A stretch of DNA of 64,000 nucleotides from Verrucomicrobiota bacterium (GCA_039818205.1 JBCBUK010000009.1:147581-211580); one strand, 5' to 3'; positions 51,137 through 62,258 are shown, counted from the first letter of the stretch. Program-made: numbers and translations. Notes: a model not told the origin generated them from the sequence alone.

Positions 51137-52954
51137 ATGCCAATTCGTTCCCCGGTCGTTTATTTGTTTCTTGTCGCTTGCGGTTTGCTCGCGAGCCTAT
51201 CCGCGCGCGCAGCGCAGTTTGGTGACCTCGAATACACCGACCACGGAGACTACATCGAGATTACCGGGAGTGATAGCTCAATCTCCGGTGACGTCGTGCT
51301 CCCAGACGAAATTGATGGCAAGCCAGTGACGGTGATTGGCGACAGTGCGTTTGCATCGCGAACTGGTATCACCTCGATCGTTTTTCCATCTGGGCTGGAG
51401 CGAATTGAACAATATGCGTTCAGAAGCAGTGGTATCGTGTCGCTAGATTTTCCTAGCTCGCTTTTGTTTATCGGAGACTGGGCATTTTATAATTGTGATT
51501 TTGTCACCAATTTGACTTTCCCGGATGCGCTGACGGCCATAGGGAAGTATGCATTTTCATTGATGGACAGCTTGGCCGAAGTCACGATTCCTGCTTCCGT
51601 CGAGTCGCTTGAAGGGAATCCATTTTCTCATTGCGATAACCTAACTACGATAAGTGTTGATGCTGAAAGTTCTCACTTTGCTGTAGTTGAAGATGTCCTA
51701 TATAACAGGGATCAGGATTTATTGATTGCATATCCTCTGGGTAAACCCGAACTTGAATTCACTGTACTTGAGGGAGTTATAATTCTTGGGGAAAGTGCGT
51801 TCGCTGGGTCAGATTATCTGGAGCGAGTAACGTTTTCTAATTCTCTGACAACAATTGGTAGGCTGGCATTCTATGGTTGTTCGAAAATTGAATCGTTTTC
51901 GATTGGAAAAAATCTCTCTTCGATTGGTTGGTCTGCATTTGGATATAATTCGGGGTTGCAGTCGATCGAAGTAGATCCTGATCACCTCACTTTTCAGAGC
52001 GTCGATGGAGTTTTGTTCTCAAAGGATATGATGGAGCTGATTACCTATCCGATTGGACGCGCTAGAAATGAGTATGTTTCCTATGTGATCCCAGAAAAGG
52101 TTAAGTACATTGCAGATTCTGCTTTTTCGGGCGCCAGTTTGTTGAGATATGTAGAGTTTCCAGAAAGTCTCGAGTCGCTTGGGTTTGGTACTTTTCGCTC
52201 CACTTCTCTGCTTCAAATACGGATACCGGGTAGCGTTCGCGAAATACCACATTCTGTTTTTGATGGATGTCGGTCGCTAGAACGTGTGGTATTGGAGGAA
52301 GGTGTCGAAACAATCAGTTCCGCCTTTCGTGAATGTCGATCCCTATCCAATGTAATTTTACCAGCTTCAATCACGAGCATATCGAGCTCAGCATTTACTT
52401 ACACGCAATCCGGAGTATCTCCACGGTCAACTAATTTTTATTTTTTGGGGAGCCTTCCAGCTTTAACCGGGCATGTATGGGGAGTTGCTATCAGCAATAG
52501 GAATCCAACTGTTTTCCACTTTGCCGAGTATGAAGCCGGGTTTGAACAGGTTTTGGGTGTTTTCTTCCAGCTCTTAACGAACATGGGACCTTACAGCCGG
52601 GTGAAGGAATGGTTGCTGATACAAGGGTTGGACTATGACGAAAGCCTTGATTCGCCTTCGTACCCGGGTGGGCCACCGCTGCGATTGCCCTATGCGCTCA
52701 ACCTGACCCCGGATTCTGGAGAGCTGCCGAGGTTGGAACCCGTTTCAGGTTCGATGCTGAAATACGACGTCTACCTCGGGCGGGAAGATATCGAGTATAC
52801 CGTCGAGGTCAGTAACGACCTCAAGATCTGGCGAAGCTCGGGTTACACGATGTCTCCTCAGGGCGAAGAGGGTTACTATCGGGTGGAAATCGATCCCGAC
52901 GGGCAGGACCAAACCTACCTGAGAGTCCAGGTGCAGGAAAACTTGGGAAACTAA
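51137..52954 (+). CDS. Secreted BspA-type leucine-rich repeat (LRR_5) protein
   Basis: Signal peptide; repeated P..L..IG..AF..C..L units; DGVLFSKD...LI.YP inserts; C-terminal YTVEVSNDL..W...YLRV module. Confidence 0.9.
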   Translation: MPIRSPVVYLFLVACGLLASLSARAAQFGDLEYTDHGDYIEITGSDSSISGDVVLPDEIDGKPVTVIGDSAFASRTGITSIVFPSGLERIEQYAFRSSGIVSLDFPSSLLFIGDWAFYNCDFVTNLTFPDALTAIGKYAFSLMDSLAEVTIPASVESLEGNPFSHCDNLTTISVDAESSHFAVVEDVLYNRDQDLLIAYPLGKPELEFTVLEGVIILGESAFAGSDYLERVTFSNSLTTIGRLAFYGCSKIESFSIGKNLSSIGWSAFGYNSGLQSIEVDPDHLTFQSVDGVLFSKDMMELITYPIGRARNEYVSYVIPEKVKYIADSAFSGASLLRYVEFPESLESLGFGTFRSTSLLQIRIPGSVREIPHSVFDGCRSLERVVLEEGVETISSAFRECRSLSNVILPASITSISSSAFTYTQSGVSPRSTNFYFLGSLPALTGHVWGVAISNRNPTVFHFAEYEAGFEQVLGVFFQLLTNMGPYSRVKEWLLIQGLDYDESLDSPSYPGGPPLRLPYALNLTPDSGELPRLEPVSGSMLKYDVYLGREDIEYTVEVSNDLKIWRSSGYTMSPQGEEGYYRVEIDPDGQDQTYLRVQVQENLGN

Positions 52955-53679
52955 TTTCCGCCAATTGGTTCAAAGAGCACGTCAACCATGCGTACGACTC
53001 CGTTTGAGCCGACGTTAAACCGCAAAATGTTGCTCAAACGAAATCCATTTTCCGCCATAAACTGAATGAGTTCGCTAAAGCTGTAGCTGTCCTCAAATCG
53101 TTTTGCGACTGATGCCTCACAAACAATAAACTGACATTTCTTCAGTAGGTTGACGGAACCTTTCAGCACTTCCAGTTCATAGCCCTCGGTGTCGATCTTC
53201 AACCCAAGATTCTGATTCGGAAACTTCGATTCAGCTAGAATAGAATCAAGGGTGCGAACAGGAACCGTCTTGGAGACGATTTCATGTCCCTTTCGCTGGG
53301 TTAATTGGGTCCGGCTTTTAACGGAGGATAAAGAAGGCCGGGTCTTGTCGTAGTTAATCGTAACGTCACCCTGCTTTGAGCCAACGGCACATTCGAACAT
53401 TTCGTAGTCTCTCCCTTCGATTAGATTCATGAGGCTAGGGACCACATTCAATGGTTCGACCAGGATTAACTTCTGATCCGGGAATTGCCGATACAGCCAA
53501 GGGGTTCCGCCGGCCACGCCAACGTCGATGATGGTATCAACCGTGATCCTGCTCGGCAATGATATGTCATCGCCGCCGGTTTCATCATTGATTCCATTTT
53601 TGAGGGCAATGTCTTTCGGAATAGATTGTAGCCGATAGCCAAATGCCTTCAGCACGCGTTGAATCACCTTTTTAATCAT
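52951..53679 (-). CDS. FkbM family methyltransferase
   Basis: IDVGVAGG, VEP, VRTLD, LKIDTEGYELEVLKG. Confidence 0.9.
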   Translation of the reverse strand: MIKKVIQRVLKAFGYRLQSIPKDIALKNGINDETGGDDISLPSRITVDTIIDVGVAGGTPWLYRQFPDQKLILVEPLNVVPSLMNLIEGRDYEMFECAVGSKQGDVTINYDKTRPSLSSVKSRTQLTQRKGHEIVSKTVPVRTLDSILAESKFPNQNLGLKIDTEGYELEVLKGSVNLLKKCQFIVCEASVAKRFEDSYSFSELIQFMAENGFRLSNILRFNVGSNGVVRMVDVLFEPIGGN

Positions 53680-53806
53680 CCTCGTTGTGCGAAAGAGTTT
53701 AACAAGCTTGCAGAAGTTAGATTGCGACTCTCACAGAAGATGATCTGGTCACGCAAACGAAAACTGCTTAAGCGGATTCTGGCGGTTGGCGTTCGCGTTG
53801 CCGATG

Positions 53807-54589
53807 CTAGCGATTGTAGGCTCGGTCGAAGTGGGTGTAGCCGCCGTCGACGTAGATGATTTGACCAGTCGTGTGGGATGAGCGCGTGGAGGCGAGGAAT
53901 ACAACCATGTCTGCAATTTCCTCGGTGGTCGTCATCCGTTTTTGCAAGGGAATGTGTTCGGTTATGAGTTCTAGCATTGCGTCCGGTTGGTCCATTTTCT
54001 GGATCCAGGTATGGTACTGGGGTGTCATCACTTCCGCAGGGATCACGCAATTCACGCGAATACCATGTTCAGCTAAATCCAGCGCCCATTCGCGGGTTAG
54101 TCCGTTGATACCTCCTTTTGACGCGGCATAGCCGGATGCATGTCCCTGCCCAGTTGCGGCGACTTTGGACCCAATGTTGATAATGAAGCCTTGATTGGAT
54201 TTCAGTTGGTGCAGGGCGTGATGCATGCAGCTGAAGCTTTGAACAAGGTTCTTCTCAAGCGATTCGCGGAACGCTTGCGGCGAACTCTCAGCACCGACGG
54301 CATCATTGACCCCAGCGTTATTGACCAGACCATCGATGTGACCGTAGCGAGCGGCGATCTCCTCAACGGTCGATTGGAGTCTCGATTCGTCGGTAAGTTC
54401 GCACTCGAAATAACTCGCGAGCTGACCTTGGCTGTTGAGCTCTTTGGCGAGCGCTTCGCCGGCTAGTGGATCACGCCCGATTATTACTGGGTGCGCGCCT
54501 TCGGCCGCAAACGAGCGCACAATCGCGGCACCGATTCCAGCGGCACCGCCGGTGACAATTACAACCTTTCCGTCTAGTTCGAGATCCAT
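53807..54589 (-). CDS. SDR oxidoreductase, L-fucose dehydrogenase-like
   Basis: TGGAAGIG, NNAGVND, SKVA.TGQG..SGYAASKG, REWA, SSHTTGQ..VDGGY.H.DRA. Confidence 0.8.
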   Translation of the reverse strand: MDLELDGKVVIVTGGAAGIGAAIVRSFAAEGAHPVIIGRDPLAGEALAKELNSQGQLASYFECELTDESRLQSTVEEIAARYGHIDGLVNNAGVNDAVGAESSPQAFRESLEKNLVQSFSCMHHALHQLKSNQGFIINIGSKVAATGQGHASGYAASKGGINGLTREWALDLAEHGIRVNCVIPAEVMTPQYHTWIQKMDQPDAMLELITEHIPLQKRMTTTEEIADMVVFLASTRSSHTTGQIIYVDGGYTHFDRAYNR

Positions 54590-54595
54590 GATTCA

Positions 54596-56248
54596 CTAAA
54601 GGGAGGGACCGCGCTTCCATGGCTGGAAATCGTGTTGCCCAAGTTTCATTGCCTTTGTTTTTAGGTGCCCACTCGCGACGTCGATGATTTGCGACATGAG
54701 CTTGTGCGCCATCTCTTCGACGGTCGATTTGCCTTCAACAATATCCCCCGCATCGAAGTCGATCATATCTGAGTGGCGAATCGCAACGGCGTGGTTTGAG
54801 GAGATTTTTATGACCGGCGCGATCGGGTTGCCGGTGGGCGTTCCAAGTCCGGTCGAGAAGAGAATCAGATTATTTCCGGCGCCAACCATGGCCGTTGTTG
54901 ATTCAACATCGTTACCGGGCGTGCAGAGAAGCGATAGGCCGGCCTTCGTTGCAGTCTCCGGGTAGTCCAGCACGTCTACGACGGGGGAGGTGCCGCCCTT
55001 GCGCCCCGCACCGGCTGATTTGATCGCATCGGTGATCAAGCCATCCTTGATGTTTCCGGGTGACGGGTTCATCGAGAATCCGGAGCCAGCTGCCTCGGCA
55101 CGGGCGCCGTAGCTACGCATGATTTCGATAAACCGACGGGCGCTTTCGTCGTCGGTGCAGCGATTCACGAATTCCTGTTCGACGCCGCATAGTTCCGGAA
55201 ACTCCGAGAGAATTATCTTTCCGCCTAGGGCGACACCGTAGTCAGCGATCTGCCCGATCAGTGGGTTTGCTGAGATACCGGAGAATCCATCCGAGGCACC
55301 GCATTCGACTCCGATTGATAATTTGCTTAGCGGGGCAGGGCTTCGTTCCAGTTTTCCGGCTTCCGCAATCCCAAGGTAGGTGTCGCGGATCGCGTCTTCG
55401 ATCATTGCAGTTTCGGAGCGATAATCCTGCTGCTGATAGATTAGCAATGGGCGGTCGAAACTTGGGTTACGCTTGTTCAGCTCGTCTTGCAAAATCCGCA
55501 CTTGGGCATTCTGGCATCCAAGGCTCAGGACCGTTGCGCCCGCAACATTGGGATGATTGATATATCCAGCGAGCAGACCACATAGATTGTTCGCGTCCTC
55601 TCGAGTTCCGCCACAGCCGCCCGTGTGCGTAAGGCATCGCACGCCGTCGATATTGGGAAAGCTAATTCCTGGATCAATGGTGTTGTCAGATATTTTTAGG
55701 CTGTGAACTTGGTCTGAACGGTCGTTCGCATGGGCTACTGCAATCTCGCAGGCAAACTGTTCGTACCGTGACACTCGATCGAACCCGAGCGCCTTGTTCA
55801 ATGCTCGCTCAATGACATCAATGTTCCGGTTCTCGCAGAATACGAGTGGGACAATGATCCAGTAGTTTGCGGTTCCCACCGATCCATCGCGGCGCACATA
55901 GCCATCAAATGTTGCTTCTTTCCATTGAGCAACATCGGGAGCCGTCCATTGAAAGTCTGTCGGTTCAATAGCGAATGAATCAGAAAGATGTTTGAGGTTC
56001 TCAGTTGTCAATACTCCGCCGAGCGGTATGTCGCTTAAGACCTCACCGACGGTTACTCCATACATGCGGGCATGGGTGCCAGCGGGTAGGGGAGCGCAGG
56101 CAAATTTGTGCTTATGTTTGACGTTGTCCACCAACACGACCGGTTGGCCGTCGACCTCAACGGTGTCGCCTGATCGTAGATCCACCAGAGCAACCGCGAC
56201 ATTGTCGCTTGAATCCGTCTTCAATGCTTTCGTTTGTCTGCCTAGCAT
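54596..56248 (-). CDS. UxaA/altronate dehydratase family protein
   Basis: SAF domain (DNVAVAL..HKFA..YG), PLVFCENRN, H.GGCG, ECGASDGFSG, TGLGTP. Confidence 0.9.
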   Translation of the reverse strand: MLGRQTKALKTDSSDNVAVALVDLRSGDTVEVDGQPVVLVDNVKHKHKFACAPLPAGTHARMYGVTVGEVLSDIPLGGVLTTENLKHLSDSFAIEPTDFQWTAPDVAQWKEATFDGYVRRDGSVGTANYWIIVPLVFCENRNIDVIERALNKALGFDRVSRYEQFACEIAVAHANDRSDQVHSLKISDNTIDPGISFPNIDGVRCLTHTGGCGGTREDANNLCGLLAGYINHPNVAGATVLSLGCQNAQVRILQDELNKRNPSFDRPLLIYQQQDYRSETAMIEDAIRDTYLGIAEAGKLERSPAPLSKLSIGVECGASDGFSGISANPLIGQIADYGVALGGKIILSEFPELCGVEQEFVNRCTDDESARRFIEIMRSYGARAEAAGSGFSMNPSPGNIKDGLITDAIKSAGAGRKGGTSPVVDVLDYPETATKAGLSLLCTPGNDVESTTAMVGAGNNLILFSTGLGTPTGNPIAPVIKISSNHAVAIRHSDMIDFDAGDIVEGKSTVEEMAHKLMSQIIDVASGHLKTKAMKLGQHDFQPWKRGPSL

Positions 56249-57114
56249 TAGATGATGTCGCTGTAGGCGACTGCCTTTTGACGAGAGTTACCCAGGTCCT
56301 CAATTCCTAGTTCGACAACGTCGCCTGCGCGAAGAAATCGTTGTGGATCAAAGCCCATACCGACGCCGGCGGGTGTACCGGTTGAGATGACATCGCCTGG
56401 TAGCAGCGACATGTATTGACTCAGATAGCTAACGATTTGGTGGACTTTGAAAATGAAGTTTTCAGTCGTGCCGTTCTGCTTGGTTTCTCCATTGAGCTTA
56501 AGCCACATACCCAGGCGGTTCGGATCCTGGATCTCGTCTTTGGTTGCCATAAAGGGACCAAACGGAGCGAAGGTGTCACAACTCTTGCCTTTTACCCATT
56601 GCCCACCTTGTTCCAATTGAAAGGTGCGCTCGCTGTAGTCGTTGTGGAGTGCGTATCCAGCGACGTAGTCGAGCGCGTCCTCCTCGCTCACGTAGCTAGC
56701 CTTCTTGCCAATGACGATTGCTAGTTCGACCTCCCAGTCGGTCTTCACCGAATTTTTAGGAATAATCAGGTCATCGTTTGGTCCACAGAAGGCCGAACTT
56801 GCCTTAAAGAAAACGACTGGTTCCTTGGGCTCTTGCATTCCGGTTTCCCGAGCATGATCCTTAAAGTTTAGGCCGATACAAATGATCTTGCTTGGGCGCG
56901 CAATTGCGGAGTCCAGATCGAGTTGATCTAGTTCACGCAAGTTCTCGGTGTCTGCGTGATCGTTGACCCAAGCTTGAAGCCCGATGATACCGTTTCCGCC
57001 AAAGAACGATTCGTTCCAGTCCGTCCCGAAGCTCGAGGCATCCAACACTTTGCCGTTTGGCAGAAGCACACCGGGTTTTACCGTACCGTTCTCTCTATAT
57101 CTAAGAAGTTTCAT
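56248..57114 (-). CDS. Fumarylacetoacetate hydrolase family protein (2,4-diketo-3-deoxy-L-fuconate hydrolase-like)
   Basis: ICIGLNF..H, DWEVEL, NDYSER, KGKSCDTF, STGTPAGVG; start ATG 57114. Confidence 0.88.
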   Translation of the reverse strand: MKLLRYRENGTVKPGVLLPNGKVLDASSFGTDWNESFFGGNGIIGLQAWVNDHADTENLRELDQLDLDSAIARPSKIICIGLNFKDHARETGMQEPKEPVVFFKASSAFCGPNDDLIIPKNSVKTDWEVELAIVIGKKASYVSEEDALDYVAGYALHNDYSERTFQLEQGGQWVKGKSCDTFAPFGPFMATKDEIQDPNRLGMWLKLNGETKQNGTTENFIFKVHQIVSYLSQYMSLLPGDVISTGTPAGVGMGFDPQRFLRAGDVVELGIEDLGNSRQKAVAYSDII

Positions 57115-57130
57115 TTGGTCTCTAGTGTAT

Positions 57131-57889
57131 TTATCGAATTGTTGCGCATCCACCATCGATGTCGTAGGCAGCTCCGGTGATAAATGCAGCTTCGTCGGAG
57201 CACAGGTACAGTGCTAGCGAAGCAATTTCATCTGGGGTTCCCATTCGACCCAATGGTTGAAATGCGGATAGCTTGGCGAACATCTCCTCTTTGTTTTCAG
57301 GATAATTTTTTTCAATGAGCCGATCAACGAATGGTGTGTGAACACGCCCGGGGCAGATGCAGTTGCACCGGATGCCCTTGGACACGTAGTCCTTGGCGAC
57401 GGAATAGGTCATGGTGAGAACCGCACCCTTACTCATGGAATACGCAAAGCGGTCGGCGAGTCCCATCTTGGAGGCGATAGAGGCGAGGTTTAAAATTGCT
57501 CCGCCTCCTTTTAGTATCATCCCAGGGATGGAGGCGCGCATGCAGTTATAGACACCTTTGACGTTCACCTCATAGGCGCGATCCAGATCTTCTGGGCTTG
57601 TGTTCTCGATGTCGCCAACGAGCGAGATGCCTGCGTTGTTTACCATAATGTCGACCGGGCCGGCCTCGTCTAGTGCGCTTTCTACTTCATCGGTGTCGGC
57701 AACATCAACGCGGATGAGTTGTGCTTGGCCGCCATCGGCATGAATGTCATCCAGAGTCTTTTGAGCGTCGTCGTTAGCAAGGTCGAATATAATTACCTCG
57801 GCTCCGGCCTGAGCGAATCGACGGCCAATGGCGGCACCGATGCCACCGCCACCTCCAGTGACTACTGCTCGCTTTTCTTTTAGGTGCAT
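57131..57889 (-). CDS. SDR oxidoreductase, 2-keto-3-deoxy-L-fuconate dehydrogenase-like
   Basis: TGGGGGIG, NNAG, RFAYSMSKGAV, GIRCNCICPGRVHTP. Confidence 0.8.
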   Translation of the reverse strand: MHLKEKRAVVTGGGGGIGAAIGRRFAQAGAEVIIFDLANDDAQKTLDDIHADGGQAQLIRVDVADTDEVESALDEAGPVDIMVNNAGISLVGDIENTSPEDLDRAYEVNVKGVYNCMRASIPGMILKGGGAILNLASIASKMGLADRFAYSMSKGAVLTMTYSVAKDYVSKGIRCNCICPGRVHTPFVDRLIEKNYPENKEEMFAKLSAFQPLGRMGTPDEIASLALYLCSDEAAFITGAAYDIDGGCATIR

Positions 57890-57978
57890 TGGTTGATCAA
57901 CGATTCGGGGTTGTTTGATTTAGCCGCAGAGGGGGGCGGGCACGGCTAGATTTTTTTGTTGCAATATTTATCATACAA

Positions 57979-57993
57979 ATCTGTATTACAGAT
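57979..57993. promoter_or_regulatory. Probable GntR/FadR operator
   Basis: Palindrome ATCTGTA-T-TACAGAT (GT-N3-AC core) between the divergent SDR and FadR genes, with a TCATACAA half-site beside it. Confidence 0.7.
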
Positions 57994-58056
57994 ATGCGAA
58001 GTCAAGACCTTTTCATTTCGAGGCTCATTTGTCTTAACCCGATCTTCAGTAGGTAA

Positions 58057-58743
58057 GTGTTTCAGGAAATATCAGCTAAAGATAAGCTAAGTGTACGGGT
58101 AGCGCGTGAGCTGGAGCGTAGCATTCTCGAGAAGCGCTTTGTACCGGAACAACCAATTCCGTCGGAGGCCCGGTTGTGTGAGTCGTTCGGAGTGAGTCGA
58201 ACCGTGGTCCGCGAGGCGATTCAACAACTGAAGTCTCAGGGGATACTCTATTCGGTGCCTGGAAGCGGTAACTACATTACCAAAAATAATGTTGCCGATT
58301 TGAAGCGTTCGCTCTCGCTGATGGCGAAGCTCAATGAAGGCACACCACTTCATTTGGAGATGTTTCATTTGCGCGAGATTCTGGAAGTTGATTGTGTAAG
58401 ATCCGTTTGTCGGTCAGGCGATGTTTCTCTCTTGAAGGCTATGAAGCGATTTCACCGTGAGATGAAGAAGTGCTATAATGATCTGGACGCCTTTGGTCGT
58501 GCCGATCATGCGTTTCACCTCGAAATCATGAAGGCCTCAGGCAATAGCCTGTTCTGCACGATTCTCGAGTCTCTGCAGGACAATTTCATCAAGGCGAGTA
58601 TGAAGGTCTATGGAACCAAGGCTGATTTGGACCGCGTATGCCGCGACCATCAATCGATCATTGAAGCCATTGCCGCCCGCGATGAGTCGCAGGCGGCCAG
58701 CGTCCTAACCGAACATATTCGGAAATCGAAGGAACACATTTGA
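58057..58743 (+). CDS. FadR/GntR family regulator
   Basis: PSEARLCESFGVSRTVVREA HTH; FCD domain D..FH..I..ASGN...H..I. Confidence 0.93.
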   Translation: MFQEISAKDKLSVRVARELERSILEKRFVPEQPIPSEARLCESFGVSRTVVREAIQQLKSQGILYSVPGSGNYITKNNVADLKRSLSLMAKLNEGTPLHLEMFHLREILEVDCVRSVCRSGDVSLLKAMKRFHREMKKCYNDLDAFGRADHAFHLEIMKASGNSLFCTILESLQDNFIKASMKVYGTKADLDRVCRDHQSIIEAIAARDESQAASVLTEHIRKSKEHI

Positions 58744-58746
58744 AGA

Positions 58747-59895
58747 ATGAATACGCGATACCCATCGATTGAAATGCTCAAGGAGCGGGCGCGAAAACGT
58801 ATGCCGGGTTTCGCCTATGACTATCTAACAGGCGGTTGTTTCGCGAACATCAACGTGGAACGCAACACGACAGATATTCGACAGGTGCAGCTTAAGCCTT
58901 ACTATCTGCGCGACTACGAGGGAGCGGATCAACGAGTAGAGCTTTTCGGCAAGACTTATGATGCTCCCTTTGGCGTCGCCCCGGTTGGTCTTCAAGGGTT
59001 AATGTGGCCCCGTGCGTGCGAGATTTTGGCGAAGTCCGCCCGAGAGCACAATATTCCTTTCGTGCTCAGTACGGTGTCCACCGCGAGTATTGAGCAGGTC
59101 GCGAAGATCACTGACGGAAAGTTTTGGTTTCAGTTGTATCACCCCAGAGAGAATGATCTGAGAGACAAGCTTCTTCAGCGTGCGGCAGATGCGGGTTGCG
59201 AGACCTTGGTGATTTTGGGCGACACACCCACCTTTGCGTATCGCCCGAAAGAGATTCGCAACGGTCTTTCGATCCCGCCCCAAATGACCTGGCGAAACAT
59301 TGTTCAGATGTTTTTCCACCCCTCATGGTCGTTTGGACAGTTGGCGGCCGGCATTCCTGAGTTCAAGACAATCAAACCATATATACCAAAAGGCGCACAG
59401 TATGATTTGAAGCACCTTGGCGCTTTCATGGACAATACTTTTTCGGGGCGGCTGACCGGGGAGAAAATAAAAGCTATTCGCGATATCTGGAAAGGGAACC
59501 TGGTCATTAAGGGTATTGTGAACCCCGAAGATACTGAGAAAGCCATTCGATTGGGCGTCGATGGGATAATTGTTTCAAATCACGGTGGCCGGCAACTGGA
59601 CGCTGGTGAATCGACAATTAAACCGCTGACTGCGCTTTCAAAAGACTTCGGGGGTCAGATTAAAATCATGATGGATGGCGGTATGCATTCCGGGTCTGAT
59701 ATCGCAGTAAGCATAGCATCCGGCGCTGACTTTTGTTTTCTAGGTCGGGCTCCGATGTATGGCGTCGGAGCGCTGGGAAGCCAGGGTGGGGATCAGGTGT
59801 TTTCCATCCTGAAACGCCAACTCCAGCAAGTCATGGAGCAGCTCGGTTGCCGGTCGATAACGCATTTACCTGAACACCTTCTACCGGTTGGTTGA
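58747..59895 (+). CDS. lldD: FMN-dependent alpha-hydroxy-acid (L-lactate) dehydrogenase
   Basis: YDYL.GG, APVG, WFQLY, IKGI, VSNHGGRQLD, LGRA. Confidence 0.85.
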   Translation: MNTRYPSIEMLKERARKRMPGFAYDYLTGGCFANINVERNTTDIRQVQLKPYYLRDYEGADQRVELFGKTYDAPFGVAPVGLQGLMWPRACEILAKSAREHNIPFVLSTVSTASIEQVAKITDGKFWFQLYHPRENDLRDKLLQRAADAGCETLVILGDTPTFAYRPKEIRNGLSIPPQMTWRNIVQMFFHPSWSFGQLAAGIPEFKTIKPYIPKGAQYDLKHLGAFMDNTFSGRLTGEKIKAIRDIWKGNLVIKGIVNPEDTEKAIRLGVDGIIVSNHGGRQLDAGESTIKPLTALSKDFGGQIKIMMDGGMHSGSDIAVSIASGADFCFLGRAPMYGVGALGSQGGDQVFSILKRQLQQVMEQLGCRSITHLPEHLLPVG

Positions 59896-60092
59896 GATTG
59901 GATTGACCAAGGCTTTCGGTTTCGCTGAGTTACAATAGTTTCGAATTGAATAGTTCCACTTTGAGTTAATGCGGACTCGTGCGTATATTTAATCGCACGG
60001 GAATCTCGCTGGAAAAGCTAGGACTGTTACGTTAGCGAGTAGAGCCTCAAGCGGCGGTTAGTCGTCCCATCACGGAACGAGCATTGCTGCTC

Positions 60093-61667
60093 TTACTGCG
60101 GAGCGTTGTGCTCGGTGTGGTAGAGATCGAAGGCCGGGAGTCGTTCTTCCAGTCTATCTCGTTCTTGGCGATGTACTTCAGAGACCAGGTTCCAATTCAT
60201 GATTTCCGGGAAGCTTGTATGGTCTTCGGGTAAGGTTTTTACATCCCACCATTGGCCATAACCGTCGAGCATGACGTGGGTTCCGCGAATCATTTGTTTG
60301 TCATTGCGAAAGGAGTAGATCCAATCGTGGTGACGATGGGAGTCAGTCATCAAAAACGGCCAGAGGCTTTTACCGTCAATCACGTAGTCATCGGGTATTT
60401 GGACGCCCATGATGTCGGCAAGGGTCGGAAGGAAATCGGTGAGTGAAACCAGTATGTCTTGTTCGCCCTGTTTGGTCATGCCGGGCGCGTAGATGATGAG
60501 TGGAACATGAGTTCCGCGTTGCTGGATGGCCTTAGCTTTTCCGTAGCGATGCGAACCGTTGTCAGCGGAGAAGATCAAGATGGTGTTGTCCTCAATGCCC
60601 AGTTTTTTGAGCTTTTCGACGTAGCGCCACATAATGTAGTCGATGTAATTGATATGCGCATGCAAACCGGGCTCGGTGATCGTTCCATGAGTATCGTAAA
60701 CCCCATTCTCGCCAGTCACGTTGGGTGCGGTTCGATGATACCGTTGGCCGTCCCATTCAATGATTGGTGTGCCGGGCCACTTGTTGCCTGAGTCCGGATG
60801 AAACCAGTCAAATGCGCCATGACCGAGATGGGTGGCGTGATAGACGAAAAACGGCTGACCGGCTGCGTGCTGGCGTTCGATGAAATCGAGACAATAGTCG
60901 GTTTCCACATCGGGTCCGTAGGTATTCAGTCCAAAGGGGGCTTTAGATTCCGGTGTATTAGGCCACCATTGGTAGCCGCGTTCCTCGCCCTTCTCATTCA
61001 TGATCGATGCGAGGGGCCGGTAGGCGTTGGTACGGCGGGCCAGGGGATAACCCGCGCCTTCCTTACCGGTGTCCAAGTTGATTAGCACGGGTTTGCCGTC
61101 TACCCTGTCAACGCGCGTTTTAAAGCTGTTGGGCATCTCACCGGGGCCTGCTTCGTAGCCGGTGGTGAGAAAGCCTTCGTCGAATTCAAATTGTTGAAAG
61201 TCATCGCCGTAGGCTTGCACTTGGGTTTTGCCGGCCCAGACACTGGCGTAGCCACCCATGTTCGCAACCTTACCGATGGTATAGGGTGAGCTTTCAAATA
61301 GATGCCAAATGCGTTCTCCTTCAGGTGTTTGGACCGTGCCGAAATCGCGGTTTTCCCACCACTTGGTGCGGAATCCGTAGCGACCCGTCATCACCATGGC
61401 CCGACTTGGCATGCATGTCGTCGCGGACCAGGCGGTGTTGATCCAGCAGCCTTCTTCCGCCAGGCGGTCGAGGATCGGTGTTTGCGCCCGGTATTGCGGA
61501 TCCGAGGTATTGGAGCCATCATCGCTTGACCAAACTGTTGCCCCGTAGCAGGGGATCTCCCGGGCGCTAATATCATCGGCAAAAATGAAAATGATGTTGG
61601 GCCGGTCAGACGCAAAAACGGAGGTGACTGATAGCAGGAGAAATGCTGTTAAACGATTGCGATTCAT
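60093..61667 (-). CDS. Formylglycine-dependent (S1) sulfatase
   Basis: Signal peptide; [36 protein letters not shown]. Confidence 0.92.
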   Translation of the reverse strand: MNRNRLTAFLLLSVTSVFASDRPNIIFIFADDISAREIPCYGATVWSSDDGSNTSDPQYRAQTPILDRLAEEGCWINTAWSATTCMPSRAMVMTGRYGFRTKWWENRDFGTVQTPEGERIWHLFESSPYTIGKVANMGGYASVWAGKTQVQAYGDDFQQFEFDEGFLTTGYEAGPGEMPNSFKTRVDRVDGKPVLINLDTGKEGAGYPLARRTNAYRPLASIMNEKGEERGYQWWPNTPESKAPFGLNTYGPDVETDYCLDFIERQHAAGQPFFVYHATHLGHGAFDWFHPDSGNKWPGTPIIEWDGQRYHRTAPNVTGENGVYDTHGTITEPGLHAHINYIDYIMWRYVEKLKKLGIEDNTILIFSADNGSHRYGKAKAIQQRGTHVPLIIYAPGMTKQGEQDILVSLTDFLPTLADIMGVQIPDDYVIDGKSLWPFLMTDSHRHHDWIYSFRNDKQMIRGTHVMLDGYGQWWDVKTLPEDHTSFPEIMNWNLVSEVHRQERDRLEERLPAFDLYHTEHNAPQ

Positions 61668-62258
61668 TGAACGAATTATTCGAAGAACGTCTTCTATAAA
61701 ATAGTCATCGGCGACGCGTTGAAGATTGCCTTTTACCCATTGATCTCGGGTGTCTCCGACGATTCATCATACACCCGAATCTCGTAGAGACGTGGGAACG
61801 GATCTCCATGGGTGCGCTCGACCAGCAAGCGAACAAAGGGTAACTTCATGAGTTTTTGGATTCGATTTTTCTCGAGGATAGTGATTCGACTCGAAAAAGC
61901 CAATACACCAAATGGTCTAACGTGGCTTAGGCCTGCAGCAGCCTCAGTTTATCGGGGCACAGATAATGCGGGTAGGGCGCAGAGATAGCACGGTTCGTTT
62001 GCTACTCCACTGGTATGCGGGGCTGAGATAGAGCAAAATGTAACTTGTAATGCACCTGAGTGCTCAGATCGTATAAGGGTGACCCTAAACGAAATTGCCG
62101 AGATAACTCATGACGGCGAGATCTCACTAGACAAAACTGAATGGTGAAAGTTTACACTGTCACCACTAGATGGCATCAAAAATTTGCAAGGACTACAGGC
62201 ATTTAATGTTGGCTAATTAGTGCTTGATCAAGCACCTGTATTTGGTGCCTTAGACTGA

